A stretch of DNA of 64,000 nucleotides from Lingula anatina (lineage: Eukaryota; Animalia; Brachiopoda). Below the pieces are notes generated by a model. That model was not told the DNA's origin. It did not search any database and saw only the letters and a program-made list of their open reading frames with translations. Positions 28,901 to 41,357 of the stretch are shown piece after piece; the first letter of the stretch is position 1; every line of letters starts with the position of its first letter. Both the position numbers and the translations under genes were made by a program. Location of the stretch: NCBI GenBank assembly GCA_051362555.1, contig CM120640.1:9176001-9240000 (forward strand). The letters are read 5' to 3'.

Positions 28901-29836
28901 CGCCATTGAGAAATAATATGCCAAGGCATACTTCCCCTCTGGCCATGAAGGATATATTATTTGGAGTTCCTATCCACTCTATAACTCTATATAACAATAT
29001 GAAATATACTTAACATAATTTTCCAACATACATAACAATAAAAGCAAACACATGTACATCATGTGGCAAATATTGCATCATTGAACAATGTACCCAGTCC
29101 CTGGTAATAGCTGTTAGCAATGCCAAGTGACTTGGGATTACTTCAACTGATATAAAATCAATTAAAATGTCTGTTCCATACCATCTGCTATGTTATCAGT
29201 GGTAGTTGAGAAAATGAGAAACTATCACATGAATACATGTACATTTTTTACAGATTTATTTTATGTATGAGGTATGGGTAGGGTATTACTTACTTCAATT
29301 GCTGGAAATAATTTTTTTGGATTTGACCATGTTTAAAAAAATTACTCAATTAGGTGTGCAGGTGTAAAGTTGCTTCCAGTTTTATGTTGTTCCATGCTAC
29401 TTATCAAAACAGAAATATCAGGAGGATAAATCTTTCAGGAGATTTTATTACCATGAATTCTGCTAAAGGTACCTAAAATATCCCAATTATATTCTGAACT
29501 CACCTCTATAATTTAAAGCATTCACATTTTGGCAGAGATGGAGGGAGGGTTCATTGGTAGGGTTAGTTTCTTACCTTCTTCATGTAAAGTGTATACATGC
29601 CAATTCAATTACATAATCTTAAATCAGTTGAGGCTCACAAATGAGGAGTTTCATCTCAGCATGCCTCCTTCATACCTGAATTACCCCGAATGTAAGACAC
29701 AGCATAGCACATAATATTATATTAGACAGTCTCACCTCTTTGTCTGTACTACACCTAATGTAAGAGATGCAGTATATTATATAAGTCTTACCTCTTTGCC
29801 AGGACTGTCTGGGATCTTTTCAGAATCATCTGCCAT
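674..29836 (-). CDS. EPB41: Protein 4.1 / coracle (EPB41 family; FERM + FA + 4.1 C-terminal domain), multi-exon
   Basis: GT-AG exons with compatible phases, in transcript order: 29836-29792 ([15 protein letters not shown]), 27166-26936 (..[19 protein letters not shown]), 23548-23444 ([19 protein letters not shown]), 22839-22797 ([12 protein letters not shown]), 20006-19931 ([20 protein letters not shown]), 19292-19248 ([14 protein letters not shown]), 17161-16988 ([24 protein letters not shown]), 16715-16628 ([26 protein letters not shown]), 16353-16201 ([32 protein letters not shown]), 15971-15874 ([12 protein letters not shown]), FA exon 15556-15375 or 15321-15152, variable exons, then CTD exons 1935-1729, 1149-1060 and 781-674 (TAA). 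The symbol is family-level (invertebrate pro-ortholog, cora). Confidence 0.95.
2936..14087 (-). CDS. EPB41: Variable low-complexity region of the 4.1 gene: series of putative cassette exons
   Basis: Open, frame-compatible AG..GT segments: 14087-14046 (phase 1-1), 12881-12784 (phase 1-0, [13 protein letters not shown]..), then phase 0-0: 12118-11981, 10401-10333, 9782-9597, 9048-8935, 7767-7702, 7240-7151, 6269-6198, 5345-5118, 4014-3925, 3070-2936. Several donors are weak (GTTGCT, GTGGCG, GTTTTT, GTGTGC), so individual boundaries are uncertain. Confidence 0.7.
5697..5714 (-). CDS. Candidate 18-nt microexon (RQGGVW) of the 4.1 gene
   Basis: ctatttcag|CGTCAGGGTGGTGTTTGG|gtatgc; frame-preserving, phase 0. 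Confidence 0.4.
5937..5942 (-). CDS. Candidate 6-nt microexon (GTGGTG, VV) of the 4.1 gene
   Basis: Minus strand gatttcttttcctag|GTGGTG|gtgagt: strong acceptor and perfect donor 6 nt apart, inside a phase-0 intron. Confidence 0.55.
7041..7082. repeat. 12-bp purine tandem repeat (AGAGGGAAGAAA) x~3.5
   Basis: Seen directly in the sequence. Confidence 0.85.
13861..13911. repeat. (AT)n microsatellite
   Basis: About 25 AT units. Confidence 0.95.
15152..15321 (-). CDS. EPB41: FA (FERM-adjacent) exon, copy B (alternative to copy A)
   Basis: ttttag|A CTT AAG.. reads [57 protein letters not shown]|gtgaga; 170 nt, same phases as copy A. A second in-phase donor would end the exon at 15134 (..GETVFD G|gtattt). 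Confidence 0.88.
15375..15556 (-). CDS. EPB41: FA (FERM-adjacent) exon, copy A
   Basis: ttgcag|A CTA AAG.. reads [61 protein letters not shown]|gtgagt; 182 nt, phase 2 in, phase 1 out. Confidence 0.93.
15874..27166 (-). CDS. EPB41: FERM-domain exon block of the protein 4.1 gene (9 exons)
   Basis: Hallmark 4.1 FERM motifs [52 protein letters not shown] and [13 protein letters not shown]. All junctions are canonical and in frame. Confidence 0.97.
28106..28108 (-). CDS. Candidate 3-nt microexon (CAG, Gln) or recursive splice site in the first coding intron of the 4.1 gene
   Basis: Minus strand tctgata..tctctctctcc atgcag|CAG|gtgagt: branch-point-like motif, pyrimidine tract, UGC next to the AG, and a perfect donor. 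Confidence 0.45.
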
Positions 29837-32800
29837 TGCTTAGGACTGGGGGGAGCTTGCGGGGCCTGCAATAGACAAATTGTTCTTATTTCAAATACAG
29901 GATTTCCTTTTTTATGTAATTTATTAGTCACTGTGTGGATACTACCTAGATCAGATAACTGAAACTGGATCATGTTATGAATAATCTGTTCTTATCAGCC
30001 ATTCATACAAAGTGATATCACGCATTTCAGAGAGCTGGTAATAATGAAGGCTGCATTATTCTACCTTCTTAATTCAGTCACAAAGGGACTGATACTCATA
30101 AATAACAGATAAACACACAGCCACAACCAAATATCCTTGCAACAGTGAAGAGTGTCCTTTCCTCATGAATGAAAGCGAGACCAGGGCAGTATTTCATTTT
30201 TGAACAAGGTGTACAACACAGCTGCAGCACTTGAAAGCAAGAGGGGCAACAACTTTCCTGTGATAACATATCAGTTCTATTACTATCACTCATGAAATGG
30301 CAACACTAAAAGAAACTTTTCATTCATACATGGTCCAAATCAAAGAATGCGGACCCCTTATCACAATGTTAGAAACATTTCACGGATGGGACTGGGAGAA
30401 AACAGCACAATTTCACTTCTTATCATGGAAGTTTTAAAATCAAAGGCCAAGGAGCATTAACATACACATTTACCTTGCTCTAATTTGAATAAAGCATTAA
30501 CATCTCTAAATACTAAGGTGTTGTACATCTGAAGTGGAATTATTAATTGAAAAACAACAATTTGAAAATTAAATTTACTAGTAATAAAAAAAAAGAAATG
30601 TTTGATACTCAAAGACCATCCAGCTTTTGGTATATAAGCAAAACCATATTACACACAAACCACAGAGAATACTTTTTGCAGTAAAGGCAATATTCAGTTC
30701 ACCCCTTAAGAATGTGGCATGGTATTTATCCACTTGCAGCAGTATATATATCAAAGCAATGCGAGTTTCATTTTGCTTGTAAATGGGCATTTTCTTTTTA
30801 CTAATATGCACAATGCATCCCACAGCAATTTGTTGACAAATATGAATTCCATACCGTCTAGACATGAGTATTACCAAGAATCAAGACCATGCAATATATC
30901 ATACACTAGTCACAGAATGTTACTTATCTATGGAAAGGTTCACAAAGCATCAAAGCTCCATTGTGACACAGTTTCCTAGTGCTCTACAAAAAATCAATAC
31001 AAAAATCACCACTGCACATGTGTCTTGAGTGAAATATAACGGTTGTGATGCATGCAGCAAGAGACGCTGGTGACTCATGCCTCTCCTTGACGCCCACCTT
31101 ATTATTTGGTTTGTCAGGTTCATATAACACGCTCACATCTACAGTTATTAGGCTCCCAGGGTTTGAAAATATATAGCACCAGGTTTGAAATTTTAGAAAA
31201 CTATGATGGCTTCTAAGGCACCAAGCCTGAAAATACAATGATCCTTTTCAATAACAAAAACTGAGTGACATAAAGCAGCCTATACTTTACCAGCCCCCTC
31301 CAGCAGTTCCTCTCTTCCTAAATTAATGTGCAGATGAGAAAAGCAACTTCACATAAAAGCTTCTCTTCAACTTGAACTACTGATAAAGTTCTACATGATT
31401 CAAGATGCTCAAATTGTAAAACAAGCAAAAGACATCAACAGTATTGGTGGCTCAGTGGCTTCTCTTATGCCCCTCCCCCTTTTGCTGCTCGCATCTTTTA
31501 ACCACAGGAGTGCCCTGAGATTTATGTATCAGTATAATAGCAAATGGCATATCAGTGAGTGGGCAAGAGCAGAGTAAAAGTGACCATCGCTTCCTGGACA
31601 TTCCAAGCATACTGTCTGTCCACTATATAGTTATTCATAGCAGCCAGTAATAACCATGATACTGGTAATAGTCACAACATCAGTACTACAACAAACCACA
31701 GATATGACACATCTATAAATGCTTTACCATATGAGGAGACAGTATAACTACAACTAATGTGGAGTCTTTACCTTAATATTATGTACATCTGGTGCAAGGA
31801 TCTATAAAAGGCATTTATAATTATTTCTTATGATTACTGTATGAATCAGAATTCCACATAATTTTCATAATGTTAAAACAGCAGAACAATACAACCCCAC
31901 ATAATGAGGCATTTTTTGTTGTTGTAATATCATAGAACATATAACAGGAATTTAAAAGGGATTTTCCATGTTGCAATGGGGCAAATACACAATCTTTAAA
32001 TGTATAGTTATCCACATGATTGAAATAAAATTAAACTTTTACTGAAAGTATTCTCATAGAGTGATTCAAAGGTGATTAACAATCTTCATTTTCTTAAACA
32101 AGTCAATGTGCATACTCAACTGATAAGGCAAGGGCTCTATTAACAAGTTAATGCTTCTAATACTATAGCGCATGAATAATTAATCATATATGCCATCATA
32201 TATTATGAGGCATATGAGGACAATGATAGCAGATCTTAACATCACTATCTGTGACCCAGACTTCACTTTTTTAAATTCACATTCTCTGCTTCACAACTGT
32301 TTCCTTTGACATAGAGATAACAGCAATGTCAACATCACTGTTTAGACTGGGATCTTAAATTTGTTTTCTAGACGCTGCTTCGCCCAGCCCATTTGCAACA
32401 TGAGAATATCTACATTTATAATTTGGAATAAAATATTATTTCGTAGTTAGTTAGCCACACTATTTGCTCTCCTTGTGGGCACAGTACACTGATAAAATAT
32501 TAAACCCATAAACTCATCTTGAGCCTGAGGCCCAACGTCTTTTATTTTGAATATCATTTATTTGTTTAGTTCGCCGGCTATGGCTGCTCTCCAACGCCGT
32601 AAGCAGTGCTTCAAATCGGATACATTTAACTTCAGCACTTCGCCCATGCAACATCTATTAGATAGGGGTAGTTCTACACATCAGATTTCAACAAAGTATA
32701 AGGCATAAACATGTGGCATCCTTAGAGTCAAGAACCAGGATACAGTATATGTTAACACTAATCTACCTGATATCTACATTGAATATCATTTCAAATCAAG

Positions 32801-32896
32801 CTCATAAACAGACAGAAGAATATCATGCACTGAAAGTGCCATACACTTTGTTTGCATTAAAACAATTTACTGTAATCCATCTCAAGTCAAACTCAC

Positions 32897-33430
32897 CTAA
32901 AGTGTAGATTAAATCCAGCCCTCCACGTTTGTACACCGGTATTCCCACCAAAGGCGTGCGTAACGATTAGAAAAGGGCAACAAAGCCTTCTTGCATTTGA
33001 CCCAGAATATTCGATTCGTCCGCAATGACGTCATAAATTATTTTTAAATCTTTTTTTATATCATCACACTTATCTATAAAACACCAATGGGAAATTTTTC
33101 TTTATTCATTATCTTTAAAAATACGCACATCTTATTTCTTTTGCTACTGTATTCATTAAAAGAAACATTTGAGAAGGACTACTTCTGCGGATGAATCTGA
33201 TGATTAATATTTTCAAAATGTATGCAGGCTTAACGTTAATTACTTTCCTCACAAAATCACGGGACATGATAATAAGAAAATATCGTGTAATTCTTTGAAA
33301 GTAGTTACTACAGAATTGAAAGAGGAAAAATGAAATATCATATCACGGACGAACGTGATAAGTAAGGCCTGCTCCGACTGCACTACTTCCCGCCTTAATC
33401 AGGCAAACCCACAGCTGTCACGTGACTTTG
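32897..33430 (-). promoter_or_regulatory. Probable promoter and non-coding first exon of the 4.1 gene
   Basis: CpG-rich patch in otherwise CpG-poor DNA. Minus-strand donor TAG|gtgagt at 32897/32896, CRE TGACGTCA 33026-33033, TTCCCGCC (E2F-like) near 33387, palindromic E-box GTCACGTGAC 33417-33426. The ATG exon has its own acceptor at 29865, so an upstream exon is required. Confidence 0.55.
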
Positions 33431-33920
33431 TTTACACTGTAACAATCTACCTGTAAATAACCTTGAGCAAACGACATATAGAGTAGGGTATTTTCACGCA
33501 TTTTTTTTTTTTTTTTTTTTTTTGGTAATTGTTATTTTTCAAACTCCATTCGCCGAGGCCAAATTATTATTAACCTAAACTCCAAATAAATTTTCTTGAA
33601 GAAAAAGGGAAAAGAAAATATATAGAGTCGCACAAAAACTTATACCTGTACCACCGTAGGTACCGCGGTAGATCTACAGGTAACGCCAACAATTTTTCAT
33701 GCTTTTGAGTGACAAGTTGTGCAGTCAGATGTATTACAACCTCCATTCACCTCAAGTTTTTTTAAACTAATTACATGTCTTCACGTTTTACAGTAAATTA
33801 GCATGAAAAATGTATATCAAATTGATAAAAAAAATTACAGAAATCCATGCTTGGGTAGCTTGGGTATCTTTATGGTACTTACTGGTACACTGTACATGGA
33901 CCAGATAGCACAAAATAATG

Positions 33921-34159
33921 CAGTCCTGACCCCCTCCCCTTCGAATTCTGGGGGAAATTTTTCACACCAATATTCCCCTCTTGATATTACAATTTTTAAG
34001 ATTTGAATCATAGTTCTAAACTACACCAAATGGCACCGTTTGCCCTCCAAAACACTGAACCCCACACCAAGGGGGCAAGGGTGGCTTCACATCCGAGTCC
34101 TGTCATTCTAAAAGATAAACTGGTTTCCTCCCTTTCAAAAAAACCTGGAATCGCCCCTG
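33921..34159 (+). mobile_element. Interspersed repeat / hAT-like MITE, copy 1 (5' end eroded)
   Basis: Aligns with 40507-40771 (TGAATCATAGTTCTAAACTA..AAATGGCACCGTT.GCCCTCCAAAACAC.GAA.CCCACACCAA); ends CCTGGAATCGCCCCTG. Confidence 0.75.
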
Positions 34160-34220
34160 TGAAACCTACATTGGCCACAATTCTCTTCAAAAACAGTTTG
34201 TCTCAACTACTGCAACCTCC

Positions 34221-34379
34221 TGGGGCTGTAGCAATAGTCCAAAGGTTCAATAGTCCGAATGTTCATTGGTCTGAATATTCACTATAGAACCTTCGGACCA
34301 ATGAACCCTTGATTAAAAAACCGCTGAAAATGTTACCACTTTTCGGACCAATGAACCTTCGGACTATCGAGACGCCCCC
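34221..34379. mobile_element. Small MITE with GGTTCA(T/A)TRGTCCGAA subterminal repeats and 8-bp TSD
   Basis: Left GGGGCTGTAGCAATAGTCCAAAGGTTCAATAGTCCGAA versus right-end reverse complement GGGGGCGTCTCGATAGTCCGAAGGTTCATTGGTCCGAA. CAACCTCC at 34213-34220 and 34380-34387. Confidence 0.75.
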
Positions 34380-35633
34380 CAACCTCCCTGACCCTCGCCC
34401 AAAAGAAAATCAAAATATGTAGACATTTTAAAAATCACTGAAACGAATTTTTTTTTTGTTGATGAAGCAAGAAAAAGATCAAATTAAATATTCAAGGGCC
34501 TTGTTCCCTACTGTACTTATGGTATTAAATTCTAATTTAACAACCTACTATAAAATACTTCAGGAACATATAACATAAAACATAAGGACTTCAAAAATGC
34601 AAAATATCAAACAAGTTTTCAATAAAAGATATATAAAACAAATCTTTATCTTACAGATTAATGCCATAAATTGATGTTGCCAAAATAATCCAATTTATCA
34701 CCTTTGGATAATCTTAACCACCTGTCAACAATCTTGAGTTTTAAGTGGCAAACAAAAAGTTAATGATGGCAGAGTTAAAAAAACTAGCACTCAAGCTTAT
34801 GGGCTTCATATTCTTCCCCTATCAATAGTGTGAAGGCAAACCTCAGGAAAGGAGGAACAAAGCTTGGTTAGCCAGAGAAAAAAATACCATTTACCCAAGA
34901 AAATTTGTCAAGTAGGAATTTTTCACAGGTAAAATTTTTAACTGGGCACCTTTTAAAACTGAGACTGCATGCCGTTTCTTCATTATGCTTCATCTTTTGT
35001 AACTTCAACAAGTGCAAAGTTGCCATGTTGCAGGTAAAAAAGTACTGATCGAAAACACCAGTGCCACTAATCAAAATCAGATTTTTTTATTGCACTTTCA
35101 TCAGACTCAAAAACCTTCATCAGATCACAGTCTTTTAAACTAAGATACAATATCATATAGTAAGAAAAAAAGAACTGATATGATCAGTTACTGTTAAAGT
35201 AACCAAACTGCAAATGGTCATATACTGTAAAAAATACAGAAAATTAAATTAATCAAAATTAAGTTGCTTATAGAAAATAAGTAAACAGTATATATAACAA
35301 ATAATTATTTTTCTTGCACAATTAACCAATTTAAATAACACTGAAATTACTTGTTATATTTCAGAAAAGAAATGGCACATCCCCAGCTCAAAGAATTTTG
35401 AGTACTTCTTCATCATTTCAAATGTCTAATCTCATAAAAATACCAGGTTGTGATACAATGGAATTCTTCTACCTGAAAATTGTAATATTTCAGACTGCAA
35501 AATAATCGATATAGCACGGACTGATTTTCATCACACTTTTAAAATATGCTGTCCACTGTCCATAGAAATACAGGAGTTAAGTAATTAAAGGAGGGTAATG
35601 GTGATGAATTATTATTTACTTAACATGTCTCAC

Positions 35634-35641
35634 GTGTGTGT

Positions 35642-35672
<31 letters not shown>

Positions 35673-35688
35673 GGGGGGGGAGGGGGGG
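35634..35688. repeat. (GT)n plus poly-G tract just downstream of the CTNS stop codon
   Basis: Seen directly in the sequence. Confidence 0.9.
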
Positions 35689-35746
35689 CACTTGTACCCC
35701 TGCTTTCCCCGTTTTGCCTCATATTCTTTACAACCCTCCTACTATG

Positions 35747-38663
35747 TTATCTCTCTGTATCATAAAGCACTGGTGAAATATCCCGTTGTGCATTGGACTT
35801 TTCTGTACTTTCTCTTTCACTGGCTTCATTGATAGGTTTGTATCCTGGCTTGGAATGTCTGTATAAGCAGTAGTGTTGTGTAATAAAGAGAATATCGAAC
35901 AGTATGGAGAAAGCACCAAGGCCAAATTTGGTAGGGTCACCAAACAGAGACCCCCAGTCATCTGAAATATAAAAGAAAGCAAGTTTACATTTCAACTACC
36001 AGAGCTCTTCTGTAACTTGAAACAATATCTGAAGTCATATGTAGCATCCTGTTTCACAAATATTTCAGTCATTCTATCATGTCACTAAGGGGTCAAAGAA
36101 TATTTAAATATAGCAAATGAACATAATTTATGTACATACTGTAATTATAAGCAATGAGGAACATCTGCAGCAGGCTCAAAGTCCCCCCAGTGAAATCTAA
36201 CAGTACATTGCCTATGCTCCAGCCTTCTGTGCTTTTTCTTCTAAAGTTCATATAGGCCTGGAAATAAAATATGCCAAGTTTTGTATCATATACACATACA
36301 CAAAATACATATAATATACCTCATCAAAAACAGACAATTTTGGCCAAAACTGGCCAAGGAAGTGACAAGGGACTTTATAAATATTATTCATATACAAGTA
36401 TTCTATTTTGCTGGTTTTGGGGTATGATCTTCAATTCTACTGTAAGAAAAAAATACCAGCAAATAAAATTACAAGTAAAATAAATATGTGGTTTGGCAAT
36501 AATGGTGTCAAAGTGTGTCTAATAGCAACAGCAAAGACACAGACATAGGCAATGGGAATACATATTAATACTTATAGTGTCTGCACATGACAAAACTCAC
36601 CTGAGGTACATACTTGATAAGTGTTATTGCTAATTTGATGTATGAGAAAAAATAGACAAAAGTCAGCCAAGTGATGACTTTGCAAAATCCAAGGATCAGT
36701 CCCACAATGGCAACTATCCAGGCAACAGCAAGTAGAACGCGTGCTACATAAGACACTCTCTGACCTCCTCGCTGAAAATATAAGAATCCACATAAGCCTG
36801 CTCAAACTAGTTGAAGGAATTTAAAAAACCTCTTTCATATTATAATAAGATTAAAACTTCTATCTTGTCCAAAAATAATGCTAAAATGGGCTTACTTCAT
36901 TGTACATTTGGTATCTCCTGTACAAGTTTACAACAGCACAATTTTCCCAATAGATCTTTGCCAATCACAACCCCCCCCCCTTACTCAAGTAAAACTTACA
37001 TCATATATAAAGCACTGTATAATGGTAATGGTGGTAACAAAGATGGCATGAAGTGTGAACACCACATCATTTAACTGTACTGGGTTCACCCCTCTAGGAT
37101 GCAAGTCCTTATATTCAGCCTGTAATTTAATATGGTATTCATGAAATCAAACATAAGGGAGACTTGCAAACGTTGTCTCTGACAGACTAGTTCTCCAGAA
37201 AACAAGCTATTCTCATAATGGTCAAGATGATAGGCAAAAAATAATTAAATCTTTTTTTTCTTCCTAAGAGATTTTTCTATATCAACTGACATATTTCGAC
37301 ATGTCAGAGTCAGATGCGTCAAAGGCATGCTAACCTCTATGCTTGGTATCCAGAACATCCCCACATTGAAGACTCCATAGGCAACAAATCCAGTGATGTT
37401 GTATGACAAGAAATCAAAGTTCAAACCAATCACACTAAAAAGAATGCACTGCATAAATTGTCTTTTTAAAAGATTCATTTTATCATTCACAAAGCTAATA
37501 CAATTTGATATTGAGAAAAACATCCTTCAGTAAAGTAATCAAATTCAAATATTTTAAACTGAAAAAAATGGCATCTGCAATAAAGTGAAAACAAATGGCC
37601 AGGAAAGCAAAATGGCTTATCATTAAAACTACATTTCTCTTGAAAATATTATGAACACTGTTGAGAGTAAGGCTTACAAAGCTCACCTTTTTCTCCTCCA
37701 GTTTTCATAAACTTGAGGATAAAATGAAACAGACCAAGCAACAAAGTATATCCATCCTATCACCGCATTTACAGTCACCAGTGGAAGGCTATGCACCACT
37801 GACACCCTCACAAACACATGGAAAAGGCTGAAACAAAAAGAACAAGTTTCAACAATTGAAATAACAATAACACTGAAAAAAATGAAAACACTTAATATAT
37901 TTTGTTCACTGAAAGAAAAAAGAGAAAAACTTCACCTTCAATCAAATATTATTAAGATTTATTTATAAGAATACCTTAAGAAATATCTAACATTTTTTAA
38001 CAACAAAACACAAAATCCAGCAGTTTAACATGCATGTGATAAGTTATTTTTGATTTAAAAAATCTCTGCATCCATATTTTGTACAAAAAACATCTTTAAA
38101 AATTATACACCACAAGGCACAAATGAGCGGGAAACATACTCATCAAATGCTTTTGATTCATTTGTTGAATCATTCAGCCCTAGGATCACATGACCTGGAT
38201 GCTCTCCTATCAGTGGTATGTGAGCACTCTCTGTCTTATTTTCCACTAAAACTATGCTAGAGAGTGTCTTGATGATTTCAGTGTCTTGGAAAGGCTGTGG
38301 CTTTTTGTCTCCCTCTTGGTAGTTGAAGCTCAGGGTGGTGTTCTCTGTGCTTGGTTCACTGGAATAAAACCATGACAGTATCATCATACCTGTTATACCA
38401 CCTTTGTGCTGATGCTTGTGTAAAATAACTCATAGTTATCATACTGGGCATAAGTGATATCCCTTTCCTTCAGATAAATTTTAACAAGCAATAAAAACAT
38501 ATATCAACTAGCTTATTCTTGTAGATGCACCATGCATGTAGTTCATGTTCAAATTATAATAAAGTGCAATAAATGTTTATATGGTGTATCACAACAATAT
38601 ATGAATATTGACATATGAAAAAATATATGAAACACTTTTGACTATTTTTCTGTGTGTACGCCA

Positions 38664-38694
<31 letters not shown>

Positions 38695-40032
38695 TGTGTG
38701 TGTGTCATACTTTTAAATGTCCTTCTCAGACTAACTCAGTGTGTTGGCATGATGACACAAGCAAGTCTGGTATCAGTTAAAAGCTATTTATACCATTATT
38801 ATACAATACAATATATTCAAACTATGCTATCAATATTAAAGGGATAATAACTATTCGTTTTGGCCAAAAATGAATTTTCTTGGATAAACGACAATTTTCC
38901 CATTCTTACCAATGATTAATGAGTCCATTTCTAAATTCAAAGTTAGTCTCTGGCTTTTTTTCTAAAAAGTTTTTTTTTTTTTTTTTTTGGTAATAATCTC
39001 ATAAGATTATTACAGAGTAAAGCCATCTGTGGAGGTCACGTGATCCGATGACAAGCTCAGATATCAGAATTACAGCTATAACTGCCTTTTTTGTGGTAAA
39101 ACAGAATATATTATATTTCTATGAGTTGTTTACAATGTTTTTATTGTGAAATATAGATCTCATATGAAAAGTTATCCCTTTAATATAAACATGGTATTCA
39201 TATGGCTTTTCAATCTGCAAAGATGACATTATCACATATTTTCATACTGTAAAAGTTTTATAATTATGAAATAAAGCATTGCCTTGTGTTTTAGTTTCAT
39301 AAAAAAAATCAAGATAAAAACTAGATTGAAGTACACTTTACAAATCCTGCACTTCGAAAAGATCAATTGTAAAGTATAACTATCTGCATATATAGCTGTA
39401 CATTTGTAAAAATTAATATAACTGGTTTAAAGTGGAAGCCAACATAATGTGACCACATATTAACAAAATCCTATTTCTCACCTTAATCTTAGTGTAACTG
39501 TATGTGTTTCTCCAATTTCAAGGTGGACTGAACCTTCTGAGAATTGTAAGTCTACCTTTGATTCTGAAAACAAACAAACTAAAAATGCTGACGGAGAAAG
39601 GGGGCATTTCATTCATCATGGAAACTTGGCTATAACTGAAACACATGAAAACTTAATTTTACAATTCTACAAAAAACGCTAGCTTTCACCCACTGAAACA
39701 GCAGTCCTTAGTCTGCTCTTCTCACTTGAGGAAAGTAAAGGAGCATATGCCCTCTATGTCATCCCCCCACCACCACATCATACCCGTCAGTGTACGTTAA
39801 AGTCCGTACAGTTGGTAAGGTTTATCAATTATATAGCTAATACGAAGACAGTGTATGACACATGTATATGGCCATCGATAAATTGCAAATAAATTATTCT
39901 TTTCTTATCTAGTAAATGGTCTATCACAAAAGTATTTGATTTCTCTCTCTTACCACTACCATGATATTGTCCCAGTGCTGGCTCAATACATGAGAAGCAC
40001 AAAATTAAAACAAGTAATTTTGCTGGCCACAT
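35747..40032 (-). CDS. CTNS: Cystinosin (lysosomal cystine/H+ symporter, PQ-loop family), 9 coding exons, ~414 aa
   Basis: Exons 40032-39954 (signal peptide [21 protein letters not shown]), 39563-39482, 38358-38140 (N-glycosylation sequons), 37827-37687 ([24 protein letters not shown]), 37434-37335 ([16 protein letters not shown]), 37119-37000 ([16 protein letters not shown]), 36771-36601 ([15 protein letters not shown]), 36257-36140 ([25 protein letters not shown]), 35961-35747 ([23 protein letters not shown]). All phases match. Confidence 0.97.
38664..38705. repeat. (GT)n microsatellite
   Basis: Seen directly, in CTNS intron 2. Confidence 0.9.
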
Positions 40033-40339
40033 TTTACCGTCTGCTCTGTAAGGTATGTTTGCTGTCGGAACAACTTATCTCATATGACCTAACAATAACC
40101 CTGAGTGTAAAATAAAGCATCAGGGGCTATGGACTGTGCATCACGAGATTAAAAGTAGGAGGTTTATGTTCCCACAGTTCTTTGCGAGATTGGAGTGTCG
40201 CTTTCCACACAATTACCTCGTTTTCGATAAAATGTTTTTGGCAAATGTTTGTTGATAGGGTTTGGAGAGTGACGGTGTGGTGGACATTGCGCGAAATGTG
40301 CCATTAAAAAAGCAAGCGTGACGGTTATTTGGAAGGTTA

Positions 40340-41150
40340 AGTAGATAAAGAATTTTGTCTAAGCCCATTAAAGGCTATTAAATTTTTTCTCACTAGTTTC
40401 ATGAAAAGGTGCACCGAACGTAACCAGTCGTTAAGGAGGGGGGACGTCCTTGCGGTGCAAATGAGCACTGAAAGAGACACATGAAGCCGGAGTTATTTTC
40501 CTGTATCAGTGGCGGATTTGGGGCTGCCCTGACCCCCCTTTCAGTTTCTGGAAAAATATCACACCAATGCGCCCCTTTTGAAATAAGAATTTTGACTTGC
40601 TGAATCATAGTTCTAAACTATATTAAATGGCACCGTTCGCCCTCCAAAACACCGAAACCCACACCAATTCAATTTATTAAACACCAAGGGGGCAACGATT
40701 GGCTTCGCATCCGAGGCCTGTCATTCTTAAAAAATGGACCAGCCATTCAAATAATCCTGGATCCGGCCCTGTGTAACATATATGAATTATTACAACCAGT
40801 TTCTTACACTAGCTAAATAAAATCCATATAAAAGATAAATAAAAAAGAAAAGTATGCCTATCTCTCTGGCACCAGAAAAAAGGCTAAAAAATGCACCTTC
40901 TTCAAATTCTTGGTCGTAAAATGGAGAGATTCTCTACACATTGTAAATAATCTCCATCCTTGCAATAGTAGGGCCTATAACAAAAGTAAATTTTCTATAA
41001 CGTAGGGTTACAGTATATAGATTATTAGCACCAGTTTTGCACAGCACGTGACATGCACAGGCGGTGAATTGTTTTATCATTACTATTTTTTCATCGGTCT
41101 AATGACGCCTGTTTAAACTTCACAAAACGAGGAAAATGAAGAATAAGATT
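40340..41150 (+). repeat. Non-coding segment duplicated at ~54890-55610 (upstream part of the SLC22 tandem duplication unit)
   Basis: Colinear blocks TAAGCCCATT..GGCTATTA, AAAAGGTGCACCG, CAAAACGAGG..AATGAAGA occur in both places. Confidence 0.75.
40507..40771 (+). mobile_element. Interspersed repeat / hAT-like MITE, copy 2
   Basis: Termini CAGTGGCGGAT..ATCCGGCCCTG; homologous to 33921-34159; absent from the paralogous site near 55035. TSD not resolved. Confidence 0.8.
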
Positions 41151-41357
41151 GTACGTTGTGAGTGAAAGTAATAATAATAATTAATAATAATAATAAAAAA
41201 CGGCGCCAAACTAAATGCAGTAAACTGTATTGAAAAACCACTGGGCATGTTTAATTTGGCCACTTTTGCCCCATGAGTGCCAGACAATATTTTTCTATTA
41301 CTTCAAATTTGCTGAGTGACTTTGTATGTTAATAAGACAGGCAAATTAAAAAAAAAA

